NCBI GenBank assembly: GCA_013239625.1
Contig: MU053482.1
Location: 533,168 to 597,167, forward strand
Reading direction: 5' to 3'
Source: Lama guanicoe
Lineage: Eukaryota
Length of the DNA stretch: 64,000 nucleotides
Part shown: positions 1 to 13,265 of the stretch, one piece after another
How the letters are laid out: every line of letters starts with the position of its first letter
Position numbering within the stretch: the first letter of the stretch is position 1
Notes under the pieces: generated by a model
Seen by the model: only the letters and a program-made list of their open reading frames with translations
Told to the model about the DNA's origin: nothing
Databases searched by the model: none
Translations under genes and position numbers: made by a program

Positions 1-2799
1 GTGGACAGTTCTGCGGGAGTTTCACAGGTAGAACAGGCAGGGCTTGATGGCAGCTTGAAGGCAGCAGATGAGGGAGTGGCAGGAGTCAAGGGTGATGGGC
101 AAATTTCTGTCCTGAACCATCAGCTGGACAAAGGCATCCTTAACTGGCCAGAGAGAGGGAGAAAGAAATCCAGGGAAGGACAGTGCCTCTGAGGCTAAGG
201 GGCTTCAAATGCTGCTGCAAGAAGGAAGAGGCATAAAGCCCCATGAAGGCCTTCAGTGACTGAGTGAGAGCAGAAACAGGTGAGACACTGCCTTCTCTGA
301 AAGGCTGGTGCACTTCCCCCAATTTCTGGCTTCTCACACCCTCCTCCATCTACGTAGTGAAGCTTCCACTGCTCTCACTGACATTCCAATCATCGCTATA
401 CTCCAAATCCAATAGACACTCTTCTATCTTCTCACTGGATCATTCTGGAACACTAAATCACTGATCACTGGCTTCTTGAAGCCCACCCCTCCTGGCTTCA
501 CATGGTGACACTGCACCTCTTGCTTCCATTGTATTTCTCTGTCCACTCCTTGGTCTCCTGAGCAAGTTCTTCCTCTGCCCTTAAAAACTGGTGCTCTTCA
601 GGACTCAGTCCTGGGCTGCATCGTTTCCCACTTTCCACACTGCTTGGTGATCTTATCCATCCCCATGCCTTCAATTCAAATGTGTTAATCATTTTATGTA
701 CCGGCTATTTGCTAATGACTTTCCAATCTCCATCTCCAGCTTTGCAGAGCGCTGGAGACACATGTCCACCCATACACTGGACTTCCTAAAATGTAAACCC
801 AACCTTCACCTCAAGCTGATCTTCTTCCTCCATTCCCTTTCCTGCGAACAGCACCACCACTCAGAAGCTCTCCTGACTTGTTTGCTTTTCTTCAGTCCTG
901 ATTTCCAGTAAGTCTTCAAAACCTGACCATCTCAACAAGGCATGTCTCATGTCTGCCCTGTCTTCTGTTTTCCCACTGCTGCTGTCCCAGTCCAAGCACT
1001 GTCAGCTTTCCTTTCCATTCCTGCCACAGTCCTTTACTGGCTTCTGTGCCTCTTGGCTTGGACCCTCTGATTCACGTCCACCTGACCAGAGCTATCCTCA
1101 CAACTCTCACCAAACCGCTCCTGACGGAAGGCTTGCACCCGTTCACCATTACTGATGGTGGAAACTGCAGCCCACTATGGACAAAAATGCACAGATGTGC
1201 ATACACCCAAGCTGTGTCTGCAGGTTCAAGGGGTACGTGGACTCTAGGTGTAGAACTTCTGGCCACAAGACAAAGTCCAACCTCCTTAATAAATGTCTTC
1301 CTGACCCGAGCCCTGCTAACCTCTTCACTTCCCCCACCACACCCTGCATTCCAATTCTAAACCTGTTGCCTTGCTCCCTCCTGACTCCTTGCCTTGTATG
1401 CACTATTCTCTCATCCTGGCACATCCTCCACAAGTCTTGTCCAAGTGGCCATCTCCTACTCAAACTTCAAGATCCAGTTCAAATGTCCCATCTTCTGTGG
1501 AATCTTCTGTAACATCTCCCTCAACTCCCTGCAGAGCCTACTGTACCCTCTACTGGCCTCTCTGCTTTTAATGCACACTGATAACAAACTGCAAGGCAGC
1601 CGTGATCTGGTCACGTGTCTGCCCATCTCTCCCCTCCCTCCACCCTGAACTGGAGGCTCTTTGAGGACAGAAGTTTAGTTAGTCTGATTCTCCAGCATTT
1701 GGTAGAGGTATCACCTGTGCTGGCAATCATGCTGAATGAGTGGTCAGAGTCTCATGACTGTACACCACCCTACTCACATACTGACACAGGGAGAAACATC
1801 CCCAGACCCACCAACTCAGATGACATGCACAAACACATGTGAGCCCGTGCCCCTGCAGCACCACAGTCAGGAGTGTAGCTGTAGAAGTGGCTACAGAGGT
1901 GTGTCCTTGGGGCTTTCTAGATTTGCTCTGCTCCAGGACCTCCTGCCCTCCAAAGGGATGAGTTTCTGTCCCTCCATCTCTCCCATCTGTGCAAGGCAAT
2001 GGAAAGAGCTGGGACTTTGGAGTTTGAGCTGCGTTTGAGTCCAGCCTGAGTGTTATTCTCCTAATCTATATAATGGCTATGGTAATGTCTACCTTGTGGG
2101 GTTCTGTGAGAATTACAGGCAATGGAAACAAGGAGCCCAGACCTGGGCAGTTGATAGATGCTCTCTCCTTGGCTCCCAACACCATCCCTGATGGGTCTCC
2201 CCATCCTGGCTGCAGAGTTCTAGGGTTCCATGTGTGCACAAAGAGCCCTTTCCCCAGGGATCCAGTCTGAGAAGCCTGTGGAGCTACCACATGGAGTAAC
2301 AGGTCAGGGGAATTCAAACAAGAAGGGAGTGAACATAGGCCTCACTCAGAGGGGAGAGGCTGAGTGTACAGGGATAGGACAATGGCCCAGGTCAGGGATA
2401 TAGGCCTAGAAACTGGTTGAGGGGTCAAGGGTGAAGTGCTGGCCCTATTCATTTAATCAGTCCAGGAGAGAAAGCAGAGTAGGGAGGGAAGATAGTGGAC
2501 AGTGAGGTCAATGTACTCACTACCTTCTGTATTAGATTTCTCCGTCCCCTACTCAAGACAGAAAGTCAGCTGTTTGAGGGCTGGGACAGTATCTTGTTCA
2601 CCTTTGTGTATAGCATAGAGCGTGGCACACAATCGATGCTTTTTCTGAATGAAAGGGTGTGGGAATGGTAGGAGAACAAACTCAGATGAATGGTCAGCCT
2701 TGAAGAGGAGAGATTTAGGCCCAGGCAGATGCCCCTTCTCCCAACCTGTGTAGACCCTGGTGCCCAATCTAGTCCTTGTCCAATGCAAACTCCCCCAAT

Positions 2800-3215
2800 A
2801 CACCCTCACAGTGGATACACAAAGGTGCATTCTCACGAAGTCACAGACCCACACACAGCCAGATGCACAGACTCACATGCAGCCAGGCTCACACGGACTC
2901 CTCACAGGTACAGAGAAGCATGCTATCATTCACAGAGATGGGCATGTTCATTCACCTGGAACCCCACCCCCTCCACGCAGGCACACATACAGACACACGC
3001 AGGCATGCTTTTGTCCACACAGACACATACACCAGAAAGACACTTTCTCCCGGGCCCACACAGACAGGCACACTCATAGATACCGACACACCCCCGACAA
3101 CACATATACACATGTACACTCACACACACCCAGACAGACAGCTTCCACCCCAGCACAGACGCGCACAGGCTCGCAGACGCCCCCACACGCAGGCACACTC
3201 TCACACACGCTGCCG
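2800..3215. repeat. Degenerate CA-rich low-complexity region
   Basis: Many cacac/acacag units; these generate spurious His/Thr-rich ORFs. Confidence 0.8.
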
Positions 3216-4489
3216 GGGCACTCATGGTCAGCTCTGCGGCTGCAGCTGTGACCTCGAAGTCCCTCGGGCCTCTGTCTGGACTGTGCCTCATCACTTCCTG
3301 CTCCAGAGCCTCCAGTTCCAAACTCAAACTCCAGACTCTCTCCCGAGACCGTCTCATCCTCTCTCCAACTCTCTTCTCAGCACCGTCTCCCTATCCGTCC
3401 CGTGTTTCTCACTGCCTCTTCCTGGAGACTTGCTCCTCCTCCCTGTTCCCGACTCCAGGTCTGTCCCACCCCTCCCCCGAGATCTGGCCTAAACCATCCA
3501 TCTTGTGTCTTTCTCCAGTCTGCCCTGCCTCCTGCCCAGATCTTGCTTCTCCCCCTAGATTGGTCACATCTCCTCTCCCACCCAGTTCTGCTGTGCTACA
3601 TGCCCTCACCCTGTTCCAGTCCTGTTACTCTGTCCTCTGGCTCCATCCTGCTCTCCCCTTCTCGCCCCACATCTGGGCCTCTGGAACCACAGCTGGTTCT
3701 CATTAGGAGGGGGAGGGGCAAGACCATTCATTGGGGCCTGCAATGTGATGTCAACTGCCCCCACCCGCTGCCTGTGTGTCTATAGGACCTGGGAGCAGGG
3801 GGAACATGGGAGAGGAAAGAGGTGGGCTGTTGGGGAGTAGTCAGGGGACCACAAGGGAAGGGGGTGCTCCAGGAGGAAGTAGAGGAGTGGCCTGAGGTAC
3901 AGAGGGGAAGCAGGCTGGGGGAGCTGGCACCTTGCAGGCCTCCTCCCTCAACTTCCTGTCCCAGGGCCAGGAGGGGCAGGGACCAGAAAGACAACAGGGT
4001 GAGGAGGGGGCTGCAAAAGGCAGATTGGCACAGAAGTGGAGGAAGAAGAGGGTAGCCTGGGTGAGCAAAGGGAGGCAGAGATACAGGGCCGGGCATAAAG
4101 GAGAGAGGAAGAGAGAGTTCTTGTGGGGGGATAACTGGGAGCAAGACTGAGGGAGAGTGTCTGTCAGGCAAAGGGAAGAGTGAGTGGAGCTCATACAGAC
4201 ACGGGAGGTAAGTTAGGCTGGAGAGTTGAGGGGGACAGTGTAAATAAAGGTGGGAGCCAGAGCTGGGGGGCTGGGGGTGTGGAGGGGAAAGAGGAGAGGA
4301 GGTGTGAGGAAGGGAGGAGGGAGTAGGCCGACAAGCTGGCTTCCTTGGATGTCCCTGGGGCGAGCCCATGGACGGGTGGTCAGAGCAGTGCCCAGGGCCT
4401 GGATCTCTCCCTCCTGAGGCACCGCAGGAAGAGGCTGAGGGCAGATGTGAGCAGAGAAGGCAGAGAGAGTCTCTTTTCTCAGCTTTCAG

Positions 4490-6110
4490 TGTGCTGGCAA
4501 TTCACAAATGGTATCTTATTTAATCACTGTAAGAACCACGTGAGAAAGGCGTCCCACCTTTCACTGAGGAAACGGGGCCCAGAGTGAAATGACTGTCCTG
4601 AGGTAACACAGCCCTGATTTGATCCCAGGACTGTGCACTCCATGCTGCTTGAGATTCAGGGAGAAGGGAAAGATGGAGAGATGAAGAAATTACCGGGGAG
4701 CTGAGGGGAGAGTCCTAGAAAGACAATGGAGGCCTGGAGAAGAGAGGGAGGAGGGAGACCAGCGGTGAGGTGCCTCTAACACCCAGGTCAGTAGCAGCAG
4801 GACTGAGACAGAGAAGAAAGACGTGAAGAGGTGAGATTGGCAAGACTTGGCCACTGACCCTTTGGGAAGGGTGAGGGAATGGAAGGGCTCTAGACCGACT
4901 CCCAGGGTTACTAAAGTGGTGGCTTTAGGATACCACAGAGCAGAAGCCATTTGGGGGGGGCCTGTTGGGGTCTCTCCATGGAGATGTCCCAGACAAAGTT
5001 GGATTTGCAGATCTGGAGCTTAGGAGAGAGGTCTGGGTTGGAGATATGGATTTGGAACAATCAAGGGGTAACTCAGAGCCATGGGTGTGGAGACCCATCA
5101 GGTAGAATATGTAGAGTGAAGAGAGAGTCTAGGACAGAACGTGGGGGACAGTCACAGTTAAGAGGCAACCTGAGGAGAGTTTGGCTCTTCTTGAAGGAGA
5201 AAGAGAAGGAGGCAGTATCTCAGAGGTTAAAGGAGGGAACATTTCAGCAAGGAGGGAGGGATTGATAGTGTCAACGCTGCTGAGGGGTCAAGTACGATGA
5301 GAGCTGGGAAGTGGCCACTGATTTTTTTTTTTTGTCATTGATTCTGGCAGTAAGGGGGTCACTAGTGATCTTGGGGAGAATCGTTTCAGGAGAGTCCAAA
5401 GGGAGCATGCCTCCTGCAATAGGAAATGATAGAGAATGAATTAACTAACAACTAGCCATAGACCAGACGTCGGTGTAGATTCATTCATCAGCACATGCTT
5501 ATTTAACTCCTAGGAAAGGGAGGCACTATACCAGGGGGAGGCAGGACAGGACAGTGGAGAAGACATGGACTCTGGGGCCAAACCAACTTGGTTTTTGCCC
5601 AGAGTCACACTTGTCAGCTGTGTAACCTTGGGCAAGCCACTTAAATTCTCAGTGCTTCCATTTCCTCATCTATAAAATAGAGACAATAATAACACTACAC
5701 TGTGTCAGAAGAGTGTCTGGCACACAGTAAGCAATTTGTAAGTGTGCAAGCATGAGCAGTTACTACAGTGGTTAAGATGGGCTCTGTTGTCTGACAGACT
5801 CGAGTTCTCTGCCACTTAGTGTAATTCTGGGAAAACTGTTTAATCTTTCTAGGCCTGAGTTCCCTCTTCTGTAAAATGGGGAATAAAGTGTCTACTTTAC
5901 ATGGCTGATATGAGAGCTAAGTGAAAGAATGCTACAAAAAACTTAGCAGGGTGGCTGGTACACAGTAAGTGCTCAATAAATGTCAGCTGCCAGACACTCA
6001 CAGTAACTCGGGTACAGATGAGGAGACTGAGGCTCAGAGTGGGTAGCAGAGAGACATCTGGAACACAGCTCTAATGGACTCCAAAGCTAGTGCCTTCTGT
6101 TCCAAACTAT
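4490..6110. mobile_element. Cluster of MIR SINEs (about 4490-4650 -, 5545-5750 +, 5765-5990 +, 6005-6105 -) and an L2 fragment (about 4850-5420)
   Basis: MIR cores such as 'tgtaaccttgggcaagccacttaaattctcagtgcttccatttcctcatctataaaat' and 'acagatgaggagactgaggctcagag'; MIR/L2 tail 'cacagtaagtgctcaataaatg'. Confidence 0.8.
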
Positions 6111-7869
6111 TGCTTCTCTGCTGGAGGGCTTGGAGTGGCCTGATAAGGGGTCACATAAGTGGCCAGGCAAGATATTGGGGAGGGAGACTGAGCAGAGCTC
6201 TAAGCAGGAGAGTAACTCTAGCAGTGTGCACAAGGTGGGTTAGAGGAGGAGATGATCGGTGATGAGGCAGTTACCAGTCCACATAGAGGGTAGGGTAAGC
6301 ACAGGGTCATGTGCTGAGAGAGGGAGAGTGACCAGAGGATGCTTGTAGGTCTCCAGGAGACAAAGAAAGAAGGAGGAGAGGTGGGCCCATGGTATGTGTA
6401 TAAAATGATTCATTAATAGATTTACTCAATAAGTATCTATTGAAGACCTACCACGTGCCAAACACCACACTAGGCAGTGGAGACACAGCAGTGACCTGGA
6501 CAGATCGAGCCCCTGCCTTCATGGTGTTCACAGGAAGGGAGGCCTGGGCAAGGATGGGCAGCGCAGGGTGAGGGAGCGAGGGGTGGTGGGATGAGCAGCA
6601 AGGCTTGATCTTAGGAACTGACTCTGACAAGTGGAGTCCGGGCTGCAGAGAAGGCCAGTCAGGCTGCAGCTAGCAGAGAAGCTGGAGATGTAGAGGGAAG
6701 AACGAGTTTGGGGAAATGGGAAGTTGAGGAGGAGAGAGTAGTAGAGGGGCTGAGATCTTGGAAGTCAAGTTAAGAGTTGAGCGCTTAATAGTTGTTTTCT
6801 TTCAAAATCCTCAAAACAACTCTCCACTGTTACCTCCACTTTCACCTGAGGAAAGGGAATCTCAGAGACGCTAAGGTCACCCAGGTGGTAAATGGTGTGG
6901 CTGGAGGGTCTGGGGTGTAGCTCCCCCTTCCTTTTCTCCCTTTCCTCCTTCCTCACCAGGCATATGGGTGTTCTAGGCTCTGAGAGGAAACCTCTCCTCT
7001 CACTGAGTAGCGTAGAAAGAGAAACATGAGTGACAGGGCACGGCAGTGTGCTAAGTGAACACAGAGGACCCTGACTCAGGCCTGGGGGTTCCAGGTGGAG
7101 CGTTCTCACCGGGGAACACAGGAACTGAGAAGCTCCTTCTAGGTGACAGAGGCTGAAAGTGCCTGGCAGTCAGAAGGTTACCCGGAAACACGGAGCCTGG
7201 AGCTGAAGGGAGGGGCAGGCAGCAGGAAACCAGGAAAAAGATGGGATCCAACAGTATGAACCCCTGGGAGGGGCTTCTGCTTGCAGGCAGCAGAGAGTCC
7301 AGTCCTGCTTCTGTTACCACCGATAGGCAGAAGGCAGAGGAAGAGGGCACAAGTGAACGGGACCCTGACATGGCAAGGGGCCTGGGCGCCAGGAGTTGGT
7401 GGACAGAGTGGTGTACGTGAGGCAGCGTTAGCGGAAGGAGCAGCCTATGGCACCTCCAGAGAAGGGGGCCTGGAGGAGTAGAGCAGATGGCGAGGACCGT
7501 AGTCCTGTGGCCTGATGGCATGTCACAGCTTCCTCGTCTTCCACTCCCTCCAAGAGCCCAAATAGGCACATGGCCCAGTAGATGTGGATCTGCAAATTTC
7601 TGGTGCTCATTAAATATTTGTTAACGGAATGAAAGAGAAATAAAGTACAGAGAAGGGAAAGGAAGAGGATTCAGGAAAAGAGAAGCCCAGGTGAGAGGGA
7701 GAGAAGAGGAGAGAGCATTGGGTGAGGAAGGATAACTTGTGAGAGGGGAGTGGAAATGTCTCCAGTGGGGTAAGTGGGCAGGGGTGGAAATGCCTCAATT
7801 GTATGCACAGCTGACACCACGTATCAGTCTTCTGAAGAGTGAATGAGGGTGAGGGAGGCACTGTGAGGT

Positions 7870-10375
7870 GCCTCATCCATTCATTCATCTGTTCCTCGCC
7901 AAGCGTCTGCAGAGGGGCCCGGGGTACATGAAGATGAATAATACGCAGCCCTGCCATTAAGGGGGTCCCAGCCCAGGCAGAGAGACAGAAAGGGAAGAGG
8001 CAATGACAACAGTGAGACAAGAGGATCCCAAGGTTGCCTCGTGGTCAGAGAGGCAGGGTTTGAAACTTGATCTAAGGATGGGAACGGGCTAGCCAGGAGA
8101 AGAATGGAATAAAGGGCTTTTCAGGCAGAAAGCAGTATGTGCAAAGGGCCAGAAGCGGGGAAGAATGCAGTGTCTCTGGGTAAGTATAAGGAATTCAACA
8201 TGGCTGGAACTTGCAATGTGAGGGAGCTACAGGAATGGGACAGGTGATGAGGCTGGGGAGCGTGGGGGGAGTCAGATCATGACAGATCTCCTGAGCCTCC
8301 TTAAAGCAGAGATCTCGCCCAAGACAGTGGAAGGATAGCAAAGAATGCTGAGCAGGGAATGGCATGGCTAGATTTGCACTTTAGGGAGATCCTTCTTGCT
8401 GCAATGAGAAGACTGGATTGGAAGGCAAAAGAGTAGACGTCCACGGAGACAAGTTAGGAGGCTCTTGCAGCAATTCATGAGAAAAGATGGTGAGATGCAG
8501 GCAGTAGCTGAGGCCATGAGAAAAGGGAATGGACTACCACAGACAGCTGGAAAGGAGGTAGATCCAACAATGGAGGTAACCCCAATGACTTTCTGGGTTA
8601 AGGACATGAGGAGAAAGGAGCAGCTATAGTTAATTTTTAGATTTGAAGCTTGATAACTGAGTAGGGATCATGGTTTGGAGGAGGAGGGAATGATGAGTTC
8701 AGGTCTGGACATGTTAAGAGGCTTATGAGCTATATCAGATCAGGTAGGAAGTAAATATGCAGGTCTGGGGGTCAGAAGAGAGGTTTGGAAGAGAGATATT
8801 TGGGAGTCATCAAGCTTTATAGATGATAATTAAAGTCATGGAAATGAATGAGACAGATCACTCAGAGGGGTGTATACAGTGACACAATAAGAAGGTCCAA
8901 GCCAGAACCCTAACAAACAGTAACACTTAGGAGCCACCCAAAGGCGCCCTCAAAGCTGACTGAGAAGGAACAGCCAGGAGGAGCTCTGAGATGCACAGAC
9001 CCCCTGCTGTAATCACCTGTTTATTTGCCTGTCTCCCTCCCTGAGGGCAGGAACAGTGTCTCCTATCACAGTATTCCCATCACCTAGCAGTGTGGTTGGC
9101 ACATGAGAGAACTCATTATATGCTGACAGCATAATAAAATGATGGCTCAGAAGCCCTAAGACAAGAATGATTCAAAGAGAAAAAAACAGTCAACAATGTC
9201 AGACCCTGCCAAGAGGTCAAGCAGCTGAGGACTTCTGAAAAGAGCCCCTAAGTTTGGCAGGTAAGAGGTCACTTTCTGTTAGGGAGAGCAGTTACACTGG
9301 AGGGGGCAGGAGGAAATGGGAGGTGAGGCAGTGGGAACAGCTCTGTGCAGGAGACCCTTTCACAAAATGCAGCAGTGAAGCAAAATGAGAGAGCCTCTTA
9401 GCTAGTCAGGTATTACAGGGTTAAGAGTGGAGAGACTGGAGGCTCTTCATGTGCTCAAGGGAGGGATGGGTATAGAGGGAGACATATGGATAGGACTTAC
9501 GGTGAGTGAGGTCCCCATGGAGGAAGGAGGGGATGGGATTTGGGGAAATTCAAACCGGACGGCCTCGATTTTCTGAGTGAATGAACAGACTAGGCTGCCT
9601 ACCCCTACTTCCTCCCTCTCCTTCAACCTCCACGTCCATTCTGTCAGACTGTCATTCTGACCCACTGCCTAAAGAATTTCTGAAACCATCTACTTCCTCC
9701 CTCTCTGCCGCCTCTCCTCCAGTTTCAACCAGTGTTACCCACTCCTGGGTTCCTGCAACAGCCCAGGATCCCCTTTTTTTCAGACCCCTCCCTCCAGTCT
9801 CCACACTGCTGTCAGTGGGGTATTTCTTCATATCATAAGACAGCTTCAAGTGATTCGGTGACTTTCCATTACTCCTGGGTTTCTCATATGACCTACAAGA
9901 ACTGCACGACCTAACTAACCATCGTTATCTCCCCAGACTCTGTGGCCTCCCTTCACGTGCTGCTGCTAGTGCCAGGCTCACTGGATTGCTTTTCCCCTCA
10001 GACATACAATGCTTTCTTGCATGTGGGTTCCCCATTGCTGCTCCCTTGCTGGAATATTCTCCACCCACTCCATCTCACCTCCACCTCTCCTTTGCTTGGC
10101 AGACTCCTGCTTTATCTGTCAAGCTCCAGTTTAAATGCCACTTCCCTCTAAAGGCCTCTCCTGGCCTCTCTATGAGGGTTAGGTCTCCCTGCTAAGTGCT
10201 GCCGTGTGACAGCACTCACCACACAGCCTGTAAGCTCCATAAGGGCAAGGACCACACCCATTTTGTTCTCCCTTGTGATGCCAGTACCTACCACTTGCCT
10301 GGCACAGATAGATAGTTGCTTAACAGGTGTTTGCTGAATGAATGAACCAATGGGCTAATTAATGGGCTGAAAACA
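7870..10375. mobile_element. L2 LINE fragments in both orientations
   Basis: L2 phrases such as 'agatttgcactttagggagatcc', 'ttgggagtcatca', and the 3' tail 'tgtttgctgaatgaatgaa' near 10328. Confidence 0.7.
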
Positions 10376-11774
10376 ATGAAGGATGTGCAAAGGTTAAGGG
10401 ATGTAAAAAACTAGAAAACATTTCATCTCTTTATTTATTTATGGAGGGCCCAGTTGAGGGTGTAATTTATAGAAGCATGAATTTATAGAAGCATCACTTG
10501 GTGTGGCTGAGGAATCATTCCAGCTAGGGTTGAGACTTTGTGGGCCGGTGGTCTCAAGGACAACAGAACAAAGGGTGGCCAAGGAGTGACTGAAGTGATG
10601 GTCCTGGGCATATAACCTGGAAGGAGAGCATAAAGCCAGAAAGGGGGCAGATTAGGAGAAAGTAAAGAGCTCAAGGGCAAGGGGTCATTATGAGGTGGAA
10701 GAGTCAGTGGAATAGGAGCTGGGGCCTGGTGGGGCATAGGAGGCTGTGGGCAGAGTGAAATGCAGGAGTTTAGAATTTTAGAGATGACCAGTCCTACAGA
10801 GTGGTCCTGGGAGGGAAGAAGTAGGTAACAGGAGTTAAAGAGCTCAGGAAACTGTGAGGCTATATGTGGAGGGACACTTAGAACCATGGCAGGATACAGG
10901 GTGAGGGGAAGACTGATCCAGGTTCCCAAGTTCTCAGGGAACGAGAGGGTAAGCCTGGGAGATCTGTGGGTGAGAAGAAGCCACAGTGTGAGCATCATAA
11001 GTTAATGGGAGTTTATTCAGCAGCTGGGACAGCTCACTCTGTGGTGCATGCACGACACCTATGGGTCATACAACCGGGTGTTGGTAAAGGTGACTGCAAC
11101 ATAGCCTCCTGTTAGTGTCAGATCTCTGAGACACCTGCTATGTACAGGCAGCTCTGGTGAATGGGTTGGCCATGACAGTGTAACTAGTGAATGTGTACTG
11201 CTGGGGCAGTGTCTCCGGAAAGGTGCTGGCAGTAACGGTGTTTCCCATGGTATGTGTCAGCCTTGATAGTGATCCTGTGGGAATGAGTTGGCTGCACCAT
11301 TTCCGCTGTGGGTGTGTGCTGTTTTCAGAGCACCTTCTGTAAATATGTGTTGGCTCTGACAGGGCTTCCTGGGGGTGTGTAATGGTGTTAAGGCAGCTCT
11401 TGTGGATGTGTGCTGCCTGGGACTGTGTCCCCAGTGAGTTGAGTAGGGCTATGACTGTGTCCCCTGTGGGTATTTGAGAAGTTGACATAAGCAACAATAT
11501 TTTTCTGGCCTATGACCCTGTGGCTGTGGGCCCAGCCCACGCCACACTGAGTTCATTGTGCTTTTAGACCTTCCTTTCCCCACCCCCTCCACGTGGGACC
11601 AGGCCTGGTGACCTCCCTCCGTCCCCTGCACAGGATGCTGATCTAGGCATCCTGGACACAATCTCAGAACACCAGTCCGGGTGACAGATCTCCAGTTCGG
11701 GCTTCGCCTGTCTCTCTTCTGTTTCTCTTTACTTCTCCCCCTTCAGTTTCTTTGTCTCTCTCAGTTTGTATCTG

Positions 11775-12115
11775 TCACACACCCATCCTCCACATTCTGA
11801 CACATGGCTCCCATAGAGGCGGGCAACACACACATACACACACACATACATACACACAGACTCCCTCACAGGGACTGGCTCACCATGACATACACTCCTT
11901 CTGACCCACACACCCTCGGAGTGACACGCACGTACACACACGGCCAGACACTTACACAAGGACACACAACTTCCCAGAGACACGCACTGACTCACACTCA
12001 GCCGATGCGCTCGCACTCACACTCACACTCGGAGAAGCACACACACACCCTGCCCACACCCCCAGCACTCTCACGCCGCCACACACCCGACTCGATGACA
12101 CACGCACACAAAGAC
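11775..12115. repeat. Degenerate CA-rich low-complexity region
   Basis: cacacacatacacacacacatacatacacacagac-type repeats. Confidence 0.8.
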
Positions 12116-12760
12116 CCCCAGGCCCTGCCCCCACGCTCACGTTCACGCTCGCCCTCGTCCCGCAGGCCCAGGGCCCCCTCCCCCATTGTCTCCGGCTCAG
12201 AACAAAGCCCCCGGCTCCGCCGCCGCCGCCGCCGCCCGGGAGAGGCCGGCGGGCCGGGCAGGCGGGGCCGGGCGGGCCGGGCGGCCGCGGGCACTGACCT
12301 CCGCNNNNNNNNNNNNNNNNNNNNNNNNNNNNNNNNNNNNNNNNNNNNNNNNNNNNNNNNNNNNNNNNNNNNNNNNNNNNNNNNNNNNNNNNNNNNNNNN
12401 NNNNNNNNNNNNNNNNNNNNNNNNNNNNNNNNNNNNNNNNNNNNNNNNNNNNNNNNNNNNNNNNNNNNNNNNNNNNNNNNNNNNNNNNNNNNNNNNNNNN
12501 NNNNNNNNNNNNNNNNNNNNNNNNNNNNNNNNNNNNNNNNNNNNNNNNNNNNNNNNNNNNNNNNNNNNNNNNNNNNNNNNNNNNNNNNNNNNNNNNNNNN
12601 NNNNNNNNNNNNNNNNNNNNNNNNNNNNNNNNNNNNNNNNNNNNNNNNNNNNNNNNNNACTTCCCGGCCCCAGTCCTGGGCCGGATCCAGCCCCAGCGCC
12701 GCGCCGTCCCCGCGTCCCCGTTCTCTTCCCTTCTCCCGGTCCAGGCGCCCCGTCCCCTCC
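11930..12760 (-). promoter_or_regulatory. DCHS1: CpG island and probable non-coding first exon of DCHS1 (mostly inside the assembly gap)
   Basis: Very GC/CpG-rich flanks, (GCC)n near 12217-12235, and a minus-strand donor GCGGAG|GTCAGT (intron starts 12298). Gene identity rests only on known DCHS1-MRPL17 synteny; no DCHS1 coding sequence is in the window. Confidence 0.6.
12305..12658. other. Assembly gap (354 N)
   Basis: Run of n inside the GC-rich island. Confidence 1.
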
Positions 12761-13265
12761 TCCCATCCCGTTCTCTGCATCCTCTCCCCTCCTCCTAGTC
12801 CTGCTCTTCCATCTTCTTCCCCCCCCCCCCCCCCGCGTCCCCACCCTCTTCTCTCCATTCCCCTCTCCCTTCTCCCTACCTTCTTCTCCTCCCCCATCTC
12901 CCCGTCCTTTCCTCTCCACCCCCTTGTCTCCATCCCTTCTCCCCGATCCTCTCTCAGTCTCTTCTCGACACCAAATTCTCCCCATGTCCTTTGCCTGCCC
13001 TTCTCCCTTCCCTGTTTCCCCACCTCTTCTCTTCATCTCTCTCTCCCCAACCCCTTCTCCCGTCCCTTTCTCCCCGTCTCCTCCCCACATCCCTTTGCCT
13101 CCCACCTTAGTCCCGGTTCCCTTCTCTCATCCCTCTTTCCTCATCCTCTTCTTCCATCTTAATCTCTCCATTCCCTCCTCCTAGTCGCTTCTGTTTACCC
13201 CATGCTCTTTATTCCTTTTCCCTTCTTCCTCGCGGAGTTCGTCTTTCCTCACTTCCCCTTTCATC
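12700..13265. repeat. Polypyrimidine/polypurine low-complexity tract
   Basis: About 560 nt of almost pure C/T on the + strand, including a long C run near 12818-12834. Confidence 0.9.

Noticed and set aside
2690..4369. ORFs of 130-238 aa rich in His/Thr or Pro/Ser/Leu
   Set aside because: Products of CA-rich and purine-rich low-complexity DNA; they overlap in several frames.
7478..7496. CTCF-like agagcagatggcga
   Set aside because: Lacks the 5' CC of the core motif; weak match.
10464..10494. 16-bp-period tandem duplication (a similar one lies at 50573-50604)
   Set aside because: Simple slippage duplications; only two units and no spacers, so not CRISPR-like.
11804..13184. Long ORFs of 302-452 aa on both strands
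   Set aside because: They span the N gap and low-complexity GC/CT tracts that lack stop codons; no domain-like sequence.
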